35,252 bases of DNA from Ferroacidibacillus organovorans (GTDB taxonomy: Bacteria > Bacillota > Bacilli > Alicyclobacillales > SLC66): assembly GCF_001642725.1 (NCBI RefSeq), contig NZ_LSUQ01000027.1, forward strand, positions 1 to 35,252, read 5' to 3'. This document shows, piece after piece, positions 25,668-33,933 of this stretch (the stretch's first letter is position 1; every line of letters begins with the position of its first letter). The notes below the pieces were generated by a model. It was not told where the DNA came from. It saw nothing but the letters and a program-made list of their open reading frames with translations, and did no database searches. Position numbers and translations under genes: made by a program.

Positions 25668-26918
25668 TTGCCATCCCGCAGGAAACACGTGTCAGGGTTG
25701 CTGTTAGCGATCCTCGTCGTCCTTTTTACCCTTGCGCTCGTGGTCTATCCAGAGCAAGGTTTCACGGCAGGAATCGCCGGACTTAAAGTGTTCTGGGACG
25801 TGGTCTTTCCCTCCCTCCTCCCCTTTTTCATCCTTTCGGAGCTGTTGTTAGGCCTTGGCGTTGTAAACGCGCTTGGCGTGATGCTTGAGCCGTTGATGCG
25901 CCCACTTTTTAGCGTGCCAGGTGTTGGCGCGTTTGCATTGTCGATGGGCCTTGCGGCAGGTTATCCGATGGATGCGGTCATCACGGCGCGCTTTCGCAAA
26001 AATGGGCTGTGCAGCCGCATTGAGGGAGAGCGACTCCTTGCTTTTACAAACACAGCCGATCCTTTGTTCATGTTTGGCGCAGTCGCGGTCGGGATGTTTC
26101 AAAATAAGGCCCTCGGCATCCTGCTCGCACTGGCTCACTACGCTTCGTCCTTTCTGGTTGGACTTACCTTCAAACTCTATGGTCGGCGTGAAGAAAAGAG
26201 CGTGCGGCCCGTCGCGCGAACGGATCGACACCCCCAAATTTTGAAACGTGCGTATCAAGAAATGGTGCGGGCGCGCGAAGAGGACGATCGCCCTTTTGGA
26301 AAACTGCTCGGTGATTCGGTCAACGATTCGATTCGAACACTTCTCATGATTGGCGGATTTATCGTCTTTTTTGCTGTCTTTATCAAAGTCCTCACCATTG
26401 CCGGAATCGTCACGATCATCGGCGTGCCGTTTGTCCTTTTGTTCCACGCGCTCCACATGGACACAGCGCTTGTACAACCGCTGGTCAGCGGGATTTTTGA
26501 GATTGACATCGGTTCCGCTGCGACGGCGAGCACATCAGCCGCCTTGATCCAAAAGGTGAGCGTTGTCAGCGCAATCATCGCGTGGAGTGGTTTGAGCGTT
26601 CACGCGCAGGTGGCGAGCGTCCTCACCCAGACGGATATCCGCATGCGCCCCTACGTGATTGCGCGCGTTTACCACGCAGTCCTTGCAGCCGTTTTGACGT
26701 ATTTTTTCTACCAGGCAGGACTCGGTCGCTCACTCGCTTTCGTACCGCACGCCATCTCAGTGATGGCGCCGCTGTCGGCGGGACCTGTGGCACACTGGAC
26801 CATGACAGGAATCGCACTGGCAACCGCTGCCGCACTGCTTGCTCTGGCTCTTTTGTTGTCGCTTTTGATCCACCTCTTTCGTGACAGTCGCTTTGCCGCG
26901 TGGTATGCCAAATCGTGA
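25668..26918 (+). CDS. ylbJ: Sporulation integral membrane protein YlbJ
   Basis: VFPSLLPFFILSEL, GYPM, PLFMFGAV, GIFEIDIG, WSGLSVHAQV; TTG 25668 after AAAGGAGG (alternative ATG 25635). Confidence 0.93.
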   Translation: MPSRRKHVSGLLLAILVVLFTLALVVYPEQGFTAGIAGLKVFWDVVFPSLLPFFILSELLLGLGVVNALGVMLEPLMRPLFSVPGVGAFALSMGLAAGYPMDAVITARFRKNGLCSRIEGERLLAFTNTADPLFMFGAVAVGMFQNKALGILLALAHYASSFLVGLTFKLYGRREEKSVRPVARTDRHPQILKRAYQEMVRAREEDDRPFGKLLGDSVNDSIRTLLMIGGFIVFFAVFIKVLTIAGIVTIIGVPFVLLFHALHMDTALVQPLVSGIFEIDIGSAATASTSAALIQKVSVVSAIIAWSGLSVHAQVASVLTQTDIRMRPYVIARVYHAVLAAVLTYFFYQAGLGRSLAFVPHAISVMAPLSAGPVAHWTMTGIALATAAALLALALLLSLLIHLFRDSRFAAWYAKS

Positions 26919-26926
26919 TGATGTTG

Positions 26927-26963
26927 AAAAAATGGCGGGAGCTGTGTGCTCCCGCCATTTTTT
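26927..26963. terminator. Bidirectional terminator between convergent ylbJ and uppP
   Basis: AAAAAA-TGGCGGGAGC-tgtgt-GCTCCCGCCA-TTTTTT. Confidence 0.9.
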
Positions 26964-26975
26964 CGTCGTATAGGT

Positions 26976-27011
26976 TGTACTGTCGCTTTAAAATGTACTG
27001 TCGCTTTAAAA
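26976..27011. repeat. Perfect 18-bp tandem duplication
   Basis: TGTACTGTCGCTTTAAAA at 26976-26993 and 26994-27011. Confidence 0.9.
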
Positions 27012-27842
27012 GAAGCGGTGAAAAAAGAGTTGATCCGTTATGATCAGTACGCCGAGCACCGCCGCATAGTAACCAAATCCGCGCAAATTCGCTCGCCTGA
27101 CGTAGTTCATCATAAAGCGGATGGCGAGATAGCCCACCACAGCGCTCGCCAGGAGCCCTGCGAACAAGGTTCCAGAAAGCTGAACGTGTAGTGGTGCTTT
27201 GACGAGTTCATACACGGTTGCGCCGGCAATTGCAGGAATGGAGAGAAGAAAGGAAAAGCGTACCGCCGCTTCGCGCGTGAGGCCGAGGCCAAGACCCGCG
27301 CTGATCGTGAGTCCAGAGCGCGATAGCGCAGGAAAAACGGCGGCGCCTTGGGCCACGCCCATCCACACAGCTTGGCGATACGATACAAGGGACTCGTGCA
27401 GCGTGGTTGCAGATGGAGAATTTGTTGCGCTACGGCGCAGGGATCGCGTGCGCGGCAGCACTTCTTTGCGCGCGGTCAGGCTCTCACTGAAAAGTAAAAG
27501 CACGCCTGTGATCACAAATTCAAGGCCTAGTGTGACGCCGTTTGAGAAGGCGGATGCAACAGCGTCTTCAAACACATAGCCGATGACAAACGTCGGTATG
27601 CTCCCCGCGATCAAACGTCTCATCAACGGTGACGTCGGGTGACGCAAGAGCTCGCTGACTGCCGCGCGAAAATAGAGAAGAAGCGCTAGCAGCGTCCCAA
27701 GGTGAAGCAATACATCAAACGAAAGGTTACTTTTGATGTGAAACAAACGCTCTAGCACGACGAGATGGCCTGAACTGCTGATGGGCAAGAACTCCGTGAG
27801 TCCCTGCGTGATGCCAAGGATAATCGCTTGGATGGAAGTCAC
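27006..27842 (-). CDS. uppP: Undecaprenyl-diphosphate phosphatase (BacA family)
   Basis: QGLTEFLPISSSGHL, HLGT, PALSRSGLTI, FSFLLSIPA. Start GTG 27842 or 27851. Confidence 0.95.
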   Translation of the reverse strand: MTSIQAIILGITQGLTEFLPISSSGHLVVLERLFHIKSNLSFDVLLHLGTLLALLLYFRAAVSELLRHPTSPLMRRLIAGSIPTFVIGYVFEDAVASAFSNGVTLGLEFVITGVLLLFSESLTARKEVLPRTRSLRRSATNSPSATTLHESLVSYRQAVWMGVAQGAAVFPALSRSGLTISAGLGLGLTREAAVRFSFLLSIPAIAGATVYELVKAPLHVQLSGTLFAGLLASAVVGYLAIRFMMNYVRRANLRGFGYYAAVLGVLIITDQLFFHRFF

Positions 27843-27980
27843 ACGCAACACCTTCTCTCGCTTGATGGACCTGCACTACATGCGTATGGCGAGAGCGGTT
27901 TGGCCATGCCCTGCGTGTCTAAAAAATGGTCATTGAAGGAGACGACTCCGAATAGAGTGAGACAAGCGGGGTGAGGTTTT

Positions 27981-29042
27981 GTGTTTCGGTCAGGGTGGCG
28001 ACAAGCGTTACAAATTGCGGCAACCTATATTGGCACCGTTGTTGGGGCCGGATTTGCATCGGGTCAGGAAGTGTGGCAATTTTTCACGCGGTATCAAACA
28101 GGATCACTGATCGCCATCGGTTTTGCTGCCCTGCTATTTTTTGTGTTAGGCGCGTATGTCATGAATCTCGGGCAGCGACTTAATGCCTCATCTCTCGGTG
28201 CCCTACTTCTCAAATTGCTGCCGACCAGAGCCGCCGAAGGCTTGCAAGGCGCGATGCTTGCGCTGCTCTTTGCGCTTACCGTCGCGATGCTTGCAGGGGG
28301 TGGCGCGCTCTTGCATGAGCAGTTCGGTTTGAATCCTTGGATAGGCTCACTCGCGACGGCGGCACTTGCACTCATCACCCTCCTCTTTGGAATGAATGGC
28401 ATCCTGTCAGCCAATTCACTGATTGTGCCCGCTATGTTTCTGCTCGTCCTGATTGTTACGGGCCACAGCATGATGGATTCGCCGAGTGCCACAATGTCCT
28501 TTTCGCAACCGCCTGAAGAGCATTCAAGTGGGCTCTCTCTTTTTCTGTCCGCGCTTTCGTATGCGGGATTTAATCTCGGTCTCGCCATGCCTGTGCTGAT
28601 TCCTCTTGGATGCGTTACAAAGCAAAAAAACACGCTGCGCACAGGCGCGTTTTTGGGCGCCGTTGGCCTATTCGTGATGCTTGCGGTCATGAATGGCGCA
28701 CTCGCGCGAAACGCGGGTCTCATGACGCGTGAGATTCCACTTTTGGAATTGGCGCGCGGCCAGGGACGGTTTATCGTCATTCCATTCGCCATGGCCCTGT
28801 GGGCTGAGATCTACTCGACGCTCATCGCGAATCTCTTTGGATTGACACACGAAATCAGGCGCATCACGGGGATGCGTGAGCGAACGATTCTAGTCATCTT
28901 GCTGACGCTCGCGCTCGCCGGCGCGCAGATTGGGTTTGGCCAAATTGTGCGCATCGGCTATCCCCTGTTTGGCGTGATCAGTGGCTGCATTCTCACGCTG
29001 GTCATTTTCGCAGATGTGAAAATGCGATTACGCTCTTCCTGA
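27981..29042 (+). CDS. YkvI-family membrane protein
   Basis: QIAATYIGTVVGAGFASGQE and AEIYSTL signatures, ~10 TM segments; RBS GAGGT. Confidence 0.88.
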   Translation: MFRSGWRQALQIAATYIGTVVGAGFASGQEVWQFFTRYQTGSLIAIGFAALLFFVLGAYVMNLGQRLNASSLGALLLKLLPTRAAEGLQGAMLALLFALTVAMLAGGGALLHEQFGLNPWIGSLATAALALITLLFGMNGILSANSLIVPAMFLLVLIVTGHSMMDSPSATMSFSQPPEEHSSGLSLFLSALSYAGFNLGLAMPVLIPLGCVTKQKNTLRTGAFLGAVGLFVMLAVMNGALARNAGLMTREIPLLELARGQGRFIVIPFAMALWAEIYSTLIANLFGLTHEIRRITGMRERTILVILLTLALAGAQIGFGQIVRIGYPLFGVISGCILTLVIFADVKMRLRSS

Positions 29043-29119
29043 TACACTCTTGCGTGCGCGCTGTCTGCTTCGGGTATAATGAAGCGCGTACTAGCGCATG
29101 ACGTGACGGGGGTGATGCA

Positions 29120-29944
29120 GTGAAGAAGTTGATTCCGTATGGACTCATCGTTGTTGGAAGTTTTATTTACAGTGTGGGACTAAACGCCTTTATCTCCGCA
29201 AATCAGTTGGCAGAGGGCGGCTTTGTGGGAATCTCCCTGGTGCTCTACTATAAACTGCACATCTTAACAGGCCTATCCTATTTCGTGTTTAACATACCTG
29301 TCCTGTATCTTGGTTGGCGTTTTTTTGGCCGGGAGTTTATCGCAAAAACATTCGTTGGGGTCGTCGCCGTCTCGCTCTTCACCGTTTTGACTGTCGGATT
29401 CGCACAGCATGTAGGCGATCGCCTCCTCGCGGCGCTCTACGGCGGTGTCATCTGTGGCGCGGGGCTTGGTTTAATATTTCGCAGTGGTGGAACGACGGGC
29501 GGCGTTGATATTCTCGCGCGCATCGCGCGACATTACTTTGGTTACTCCATGGGCCGCCTCCTCTTTTCATCCGATGTCGTCGTGATCGCCATCGTTGCGC
29601 TCATTCTCGGCAAAGAGGTCGCCATGTATTCGCTCGTGGCGCTCTTCGTTTCGAGCCGTGTCATCGACTATGTGATCGAAGGCGTCTCTTCCTCTCACGC
29701 CGCGATGGTCATCAGTGAGAAAAACGCAGCGATTGCCGATCGCATTCACAATGACCTCGGGCGCGGAACCACCTTTTTGCGAGGACGTGGCGGATACACG
29801 GGGAGCGACAAAGATGTCTTATACTGCGTGGTGAGTCGAGATGAGATTGTCCGACTGCAAAAAGCGGTCGCGCTTGAGGATGAAGACGCATTCGTGGTCG
29901 TCCATGAGGTTCACGATGTACTCGGTGAAGGATTCTCACGCTGA
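29120..29944 (+). CDS. YitT-family membrane protein with DUF2179 (YpjC-like)
   Basis: LAEGGFVG, FNIP, GGTTGGVDI, RGTTFL.GRGGYTG, VHDVLGEGF. Confidence 0.93.
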   Translation: MKKLIPYGLIVVGSFIYSVGLNAFISANQLAEGGFVGISLVLYYKLHILTGLSYFVFNIPVLYLGWRFFGREFIAKTFVGVVAVSLFTVLTVGFAQHVGDRLLAALYGGVICGAGLGLIFRSGGTTGGVDILARIARHYFGYSMGRLLFSSDVVVIAIVALILGKEVAMYSLVALFVSSRVIDYVIEGVSSSHAAMVISEKNAAIADRIHNDLGRGTTFLRGRGGYTGSDKDVLYCVVSRDEIVRLQKAVALEDEDAFVVVHEVHDVLGEGFSR

Positions 29945-30543
29945 CGTATTCCGCTGGATAATCTGATCCGATAGAACAGGCTTACTGTGGCAAGCGTCAT
30001 GAGCGGCGTGGCAATCGTGACAAAAGGTAACATGGCGTGATTGGGCAAGTAAGGAAAAACGCCATACACATAATCAACATAGTCATTCAAAAAAAGCGCC
30101 GCTCCCGCAACAAAGAGCTCCCCCTTCTCAAACGTCAAGAGTGGTGAGACTAGTGTGTATAAAAAAGCTTCCACCATCATCCCTGTGTGACTGATGATAA
30201 GCAGCCAGGCCTCCAAAGGAAGCCAGTGGACGTTAGCAAACTGCGTCAACAAGACGGTGTCGCACCACAGGCCGTACTTGACAAGCCATGTTGCGCAAAG
30301 CGCGGAGAACAAGCGATAGACGGCTTGGCGAGAAGCGTTTTTCATGGTGAGGGCCAGTGTGAGTACAACCGTAAAAAAAAACGCGGAAACGGGGCTGTCT
30401 GGCACGAAAGGCCAAAAAAACGTTGAGGTTCTCGCGAGTTGTCCGCGATACCAAGCGAATCCAAAACAGACCCCGATGACGTTCATCACAAGGACAAAGA
30501 AAAGCACATCGCGCCGCAACAAAAGAGTCGCCAATCGGTTCAA
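29911..30543 (-). CDS. ypjA: DUF1405 (YpjA-like) membrane protein
   Basis: GFAWYRGQL, FVPDSP, VKYGLW, SHTGM, LNDYVDY. Confidence 0.88.
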   Translation of the reverse strand: MNRLATLLLRRDVLFFVLVMNVIGVCFGFAWYRGQLARTSTFFWPFVPDSPVSAFFFTVVLTLALTMKNASRQAVYRLFSALCATWLVKYGLWCDTVLLTQFANVHWLPLEAWLLIISHTGMMVEAFLYTLVSPLLTFEKGELFVAGAALFLNDYVDYVYGVFPYLPNHAMLPFVTIATPLMTLATVSLFYRIRLSSGIRQRENPSPSTS

Positions 30544-30578
30544 AGACTCACCCCCATGAACGAGTCTTTCCGAGGGAC

Positions 30579-31235
30579 TCAGCGATTATCCTTGTTTGTC
30601 CCCCAAAGTGTCAAAATGCGCTTTTGCAACACATTGTCAATCGCCAGAAAGGTTGCGAGACTCTCTTGTCGTTCTTGCCCACCCTGCGCTTTTTGTGCAA
30701 GGCGTGGCGCAATTTCAGTGAGCAATGAAAGCTCGTCACGGAAGTCTGGCGCCTCTTTTAAAAAAAGTTCAGGTGTAAATTCCTGATGATCTGCTGGATC
30801 GCTTGTGAGAAACGACGTGTCGCGCCACCAAACGAACGAAGTCGCTTGCAGCGATTTGCTTTGAAACGGTATCATGGCCTGCATCATCGCTTGCTCTGTC
30901 GCGATGTGGTCGGTGCACAGGATGAGATGGCGGAGTGCGACGTGCTCATTCACCGACCGGATCAAGGATGTGATGTACGCGCTCTGCTGGGCAGACTCAA
31001 GCGCGCCAAAGGTTGAATGTCCATGATCTACATAAAACGGTAAAAGTGGCATCGTCAGCGCGCGACCACCGAGTTTTTGCTCAATTCCATCGCGAATGCG
31101 CCGCAAAATCATCCACGATGTGCCAATAGGCAAATTGTCGTTGCGTTGCGCGAGTCCCCCTACACAAAGGACAAGCGTATCGCAGAGGGATGACACGCGT
31201 TTGATGTCGCTCATACTCAATTCTTCAAACCGCAC
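30579..31235 (-). CDS. DUF2487/YpiF-like protein (degenerate creatininase-like N-terminus)
   Basis: DTLVL, IEQKLGGRALTMP, LILCTD, C-terminal ILTLW; position directly after ypiB; RBS GGAGGA. Confidence 0.65.
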   Translation of the reverse strand: MRFEELSMSDIKRVSSLCDTLVLCVGGLAQRNDNLPIGTSWMILRRIRDGIEQKLGGRALTMPLLPFYVDHGHSTFGALESAQQSAYITSLIRSVNEHVALRHLILCTDHIATEQAMMQAMIPFQSKSLQATSFVWWRDTSFLTSDPADHQEFTPELFLKEAPDFRDELSLLTEIAPRLAQKAQGGQERQESLATFLAIDNVLQKRILTLWGTNKDNR

Positions 31236-31258
31236 AGACTCGTCCTCCTGAATAGAAC

Positions 31259-31297
31259 AAAAGCACGCGGTGAAGGGAGAATTGATTCACCGCGTGC
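31259..31297 (-). terminator. Stem-loop/terminator between ypiB and ypiF
   Basis: 12-bp perfect stem GCACGCGGTGAA/TTCACCGCGTGC followed by TTTT on the minus strand. Confidence 0.65.
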
Positions 31298-31305
31298 AAA
31301 ATCGT

Positions 31306-31863
31306 TCAAATTTCACGTTGTTGAAGTAGCGTGCACAGTTCAGACGCACTTTCATAGAATTCTTTTTCATTTTTTGCCAAGAGCGCGTCATCAATTCGCT
31401 TTCGCAAAACAGATTCGCGATATTCCTGCGCAATGCGATCAAGCCATAGTTCGGCGATCAGGCCATGGAGTACCTCAAGGGTTGAAGCTGTGTAACGCGT
31501 CTCAGATTGTGCCTCGACAACCGCTTTATAGCGAGCGCTGTTTGCGCGATCGCGGAAATAAAGCGTAACATAGACATCTTCCTCCGGGTGATTGTGCACA
31601 TCAAGAAATGCTTTCTCCACATCGGATGTTACGCGTTTATTTTTGTAGAATTTGAAAGCGGTCATTTGCACACATGTCGTCGACATGAGCAAAGCCTTTG
31701 GACTGTTACGAAATTGGTCAGTGAAGTGCACTCTTGCAAGCAGTTGTTCACTGGAGCAGAGGTACTGTAAGAGCCACTCAGACTCCGGGTTTTTGAGTTC
31801 ATAATGCTCCAAAAACCACTGAATGAACTGTTTTTTGTCTGCGGCAGTAATCATTTCTTTCAC
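31306..31863 (-). CDS. ypiB: YpiB/ReoY-family protein (UPF0302 + IDEAL domain)
   Basis: KKQFIQWFLEHYELK..ESEWLLQYL, FKFYK, AFLDV, IDDALLAKNEKEF; GTG 31863 after GGAGG. Confidence 0.9.
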   Translation of the reverse strand: MKEMITAADKKQFIQWFLEHYELKNPESEWLLQYLCSSEQLLARVHFTDQFRNSPKALLMSTTCVQMTAFKFYKNKRVTSDVEKAFLDVHNHPEEDVYVTLYFRDRANSARYKAVVEAQSETRYTASTLEVLHGLIAELWLDRIAQEYRESVLRKRIDDALLAKNEKEFYESASELCTLLQQREI

Positions 31864-31931
31864 GATCCATTCGCCTCCAATGCTCAAAAGACTTGCGCCT
31901 TCCAATCTGAGAAACGTACGATTCCCATGTA

Positions 31932-31957
31932 ATTCGCCAAGCTCTGCGTTCATTCCT
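31932..31957 (-). promoter_or_regulatory. Putative sigmaH promoter of ypiB
   Basis: AGGA-N18-GAAT (gcAGGAatgaacgcagagcttggcGAAT) on the minus strand. Confidence 0.6.
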
Positions 31958-31993
31958 GCTTCATATTCAACACCACGTATAGCCAATACATGC

Positions 31994-32024
31994 AAAAAAA
32001 GAGCCGCCCATGACTGCGGGCGGC
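31994..32024 (-). terminator. Intrinsic terminator after the helicase-associated gene
   Basis: GCCGCCC/GGGCGGC stem followed by TC-T7 on the minus strand. Confidence 0.75.
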
Positions 32025-32087
32025 AAAAAAAATGATGGAATCTAAAACTTGGAATTTTTGAACAATCATCTTATTTGAACTAGCACC

Positions 32088-33659
32088 TTAATGGTCTGTT
32101 TGAATGAGGTATCCGAGCCGACGCAATGTTTTTTCAAGCGGTGCTCGCCCTTCGTCTGCCATGGCGAGAATGAGCGGGCTGACCCAGGTTCCGTCTGCAA
32201 TCTCTTTCAATGGCAACTGCCTGACGACGTGCGCGCTCGCCTCATCCCGACACGTAATCAGCGTTGCGTGTGACACTTTGATTTTTCCATACGCTTGACT
32301 CCACTGTTCTATCATCGTGCACACATTGTCAGGCAGAGGGTGGGGACTGTGTTCGCAGAAAAAATGGAGTATCGATTCTGCTGTATATCCGCTTTGGCAT
32401 GCGCGGTAAATGCTCTCGCGAGAGATGCGGTAAACACTCATGCGATCTTGTGACACGGGATCTGCGAGTTGTAGCAGATCCCAGCCAAGTATCGCATCGC
32501 TTTCTTCAGAGACAATAACATCAAATGTCCCCTGTACAAACAGTGTTGGTTTTCTCGTCACATTCTCTGCTGATTCATCGATCGACTTCGCGTTCAGCCA
32601 TGAGCAGCCGCGTTCAGTTGCCTGGTAAAGTGGTTCGCCAGACGGTGCAACGGCCGCCCGCAACAGGCCAAGGTATTGAAACATCGCGAAGATGCGCTTT
32701 TCGAGTACGACTTCTGGCGTTTCGTAGTAATACGATGTGACATACGGAAGCAACGCCTCGCGCAGTGACGCTGCATATACCCAGTGTGCGTTCGTTAATT
32801 CGACAATGCGTTTTGCAATCATTCGGAGGTTGGGAATCGCTGCACAGTAAAGGTGGAGATAGTCGTGCAGAATTTTTTCGGCGCGTTCCTCTTCGCGGAG
32901 TGACGTATACGCGCGAGATGGCTCTTCATTCACAGCGAGTCGATCGTCTTCTTGCTCTACAAGACACCCCCGACTGTAGAGGTGATCATACAAAAGCGAA
33001 AACCGATCTGGATAGTCAGAAAACCGTCGACCATACCCAAAGCGCCAACCGACATTTGCTTCAAGCGGTTGTTCAGGAATCTGAAAGAGGCTGAAAACCT
33101 GTTGCTGGTGTCGCTTAAACATTGCGCCGTCGCGCGTGAGCCTGATTTCATGTGTGCGTACAAAACTAAGCAACGTATAGGCGTCTTTCGCCATACAAAG
33201 CCCATCATCTCGATATAAATCAGGCTCACGACTGTAGATTTGAATCGATCGCATCAACTGTTCTGATGTCAGTTTGTAGATGCGATCCCAGAGTTCTTTT
33301 GGACAGTGATAGCCATCATCTTTTTGATGACGGCGTCGAAATAATAAACCCTCGTCCTCCAATTGGGAGACGGTGCGCAGAGACGTTTCGCGATCGAGAC
33401 CCGCGCGTTTGATCACGGCCAATACCTCTTCTGGCGCCAGGGTTTCACGGCGATCAAGCGCGAGCGCCTGAATCGCGCGAATTTCTTCATCCGTAAGGTG
33501 TTCTTGTCTCTGTTGCCAATAGGACGGTTCAAAAAAACGTGCAACAATCTCTTGGAGGAGTGAATTTTTAGAATAAAGTGGACAATCCAGCGTGTGGCGT
33601 AATGCAATTTTACGCAAATGGCTGACATCGCTGTCATTCAGGTACTCAAGCAGACGCAT
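32088..33659 (-). CDS. Helicase-associated domain protein (XPB/Ssl2-like Helicase_C_3 domain, no ATPase)
   Basis: LFVQGTFDVIV, YRISRESIYRA, PLPDNVCTMIEQWSQAYGKI; RBS GGAGGT; no Walker motifs. Confidence 0.8.
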   Translation of the reverse strand: MRLLEYLNDSDVSHLRKIALRHTLDCPLYSKNSLLQEIVARFFEPSYWQQRQEHLTDEEIRAIQALALDRRETLAPEEVLAVIKRAGLDRETSLRTVSQLEDEGLLFRRRHQKDDGYHCPKELWDRIYKLTSEQLMRSIQIYSREPDLYRDDGLCMAKDAYTLLSFVRTHEIRLTRDGAMFKRHQQQVFSLFQIPEQPLEANVGWRFGYGRRFSDYPDRFSLLYDHLYSRGCLVEQEDDRLAVNEEPSRAYTSLREEERAEKILHDYLHLYCAAIPNLRMIAKRIVELTNAHWVYAASLREALLPYVTSYYYETPEVVLEKRIFAMFQYLGLLRAAVAPSGEPLYQATERGCSWLNAKSIDESAENVTRKPTLFVQGTFDVIVSEESDAILGWDLLQLADPVSQDRMSVYRISRESIYRACQSGYTAESILHFFCEHSPHPLPDNVCTMIEQWSQAYGKIKVSHATLITCRDEASAHVVRQLPLKEIADGTWVSPLILAMADEGRAPLEKTLRRLGYLIQTDH

Positions 33660-33772
33660 ACTTCATAACCTCCAGAAACGCATGGCGTGGTGACGTGGGA
33701 CAAATGCTCCCTTTTTTTAGAAACCTTCCCACCTCACACGTTTCTTATGCGCGTCATGGATCAACTTTAAAG

Positions 33773-33843
33773 AAAAAAAGACTCGCGAGATCGCGAGCCA
33801 AGAGAGAGATTATAAGGAGTGGAGAGAAACCATAGCACATCCT
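33773..33843 (-). ncRNA. Candidate ~71-nt CU-rich small regulatory RNA
   Basis: Bounded by a near-consensus sigmaA promoter and an intrinsic terminator (GGCTCGCG-atct-CGCGAGTC-T7). Body contains UUUCUCUCCACUCCUU and UCUCUCUCU. Confidence 0.7.
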
Positions 33844-33849
33844 GAACTG

Positions 33850-33878
33850 ATTCTACCGACCAATCGTTTGGAAGTCAA
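33850..33878 (-). promoter_or_regulatory. sigmaA promoter of the candidate sRNA
   Basis: TTGACT-N17-TAGAAT, +1 predicted at A 33843. Confidence 0.8.
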
Positions 33879-33933
33879 TGGGCAACACCTTAAATTACCG
33901 TTTTTTCACATTTTTGAACAGCAATAGACATGA

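Noticed and set aside
33755..33841. 28-aa hydrophobic ORF (MCYGFSPLLIISLL...) within the sRNA, as a type I toxin or leader peptide
   Set aside because: ATG is 3 nt from the predicted +1 with no RBS, and the frame reads through the terminator. Not fully excluded.
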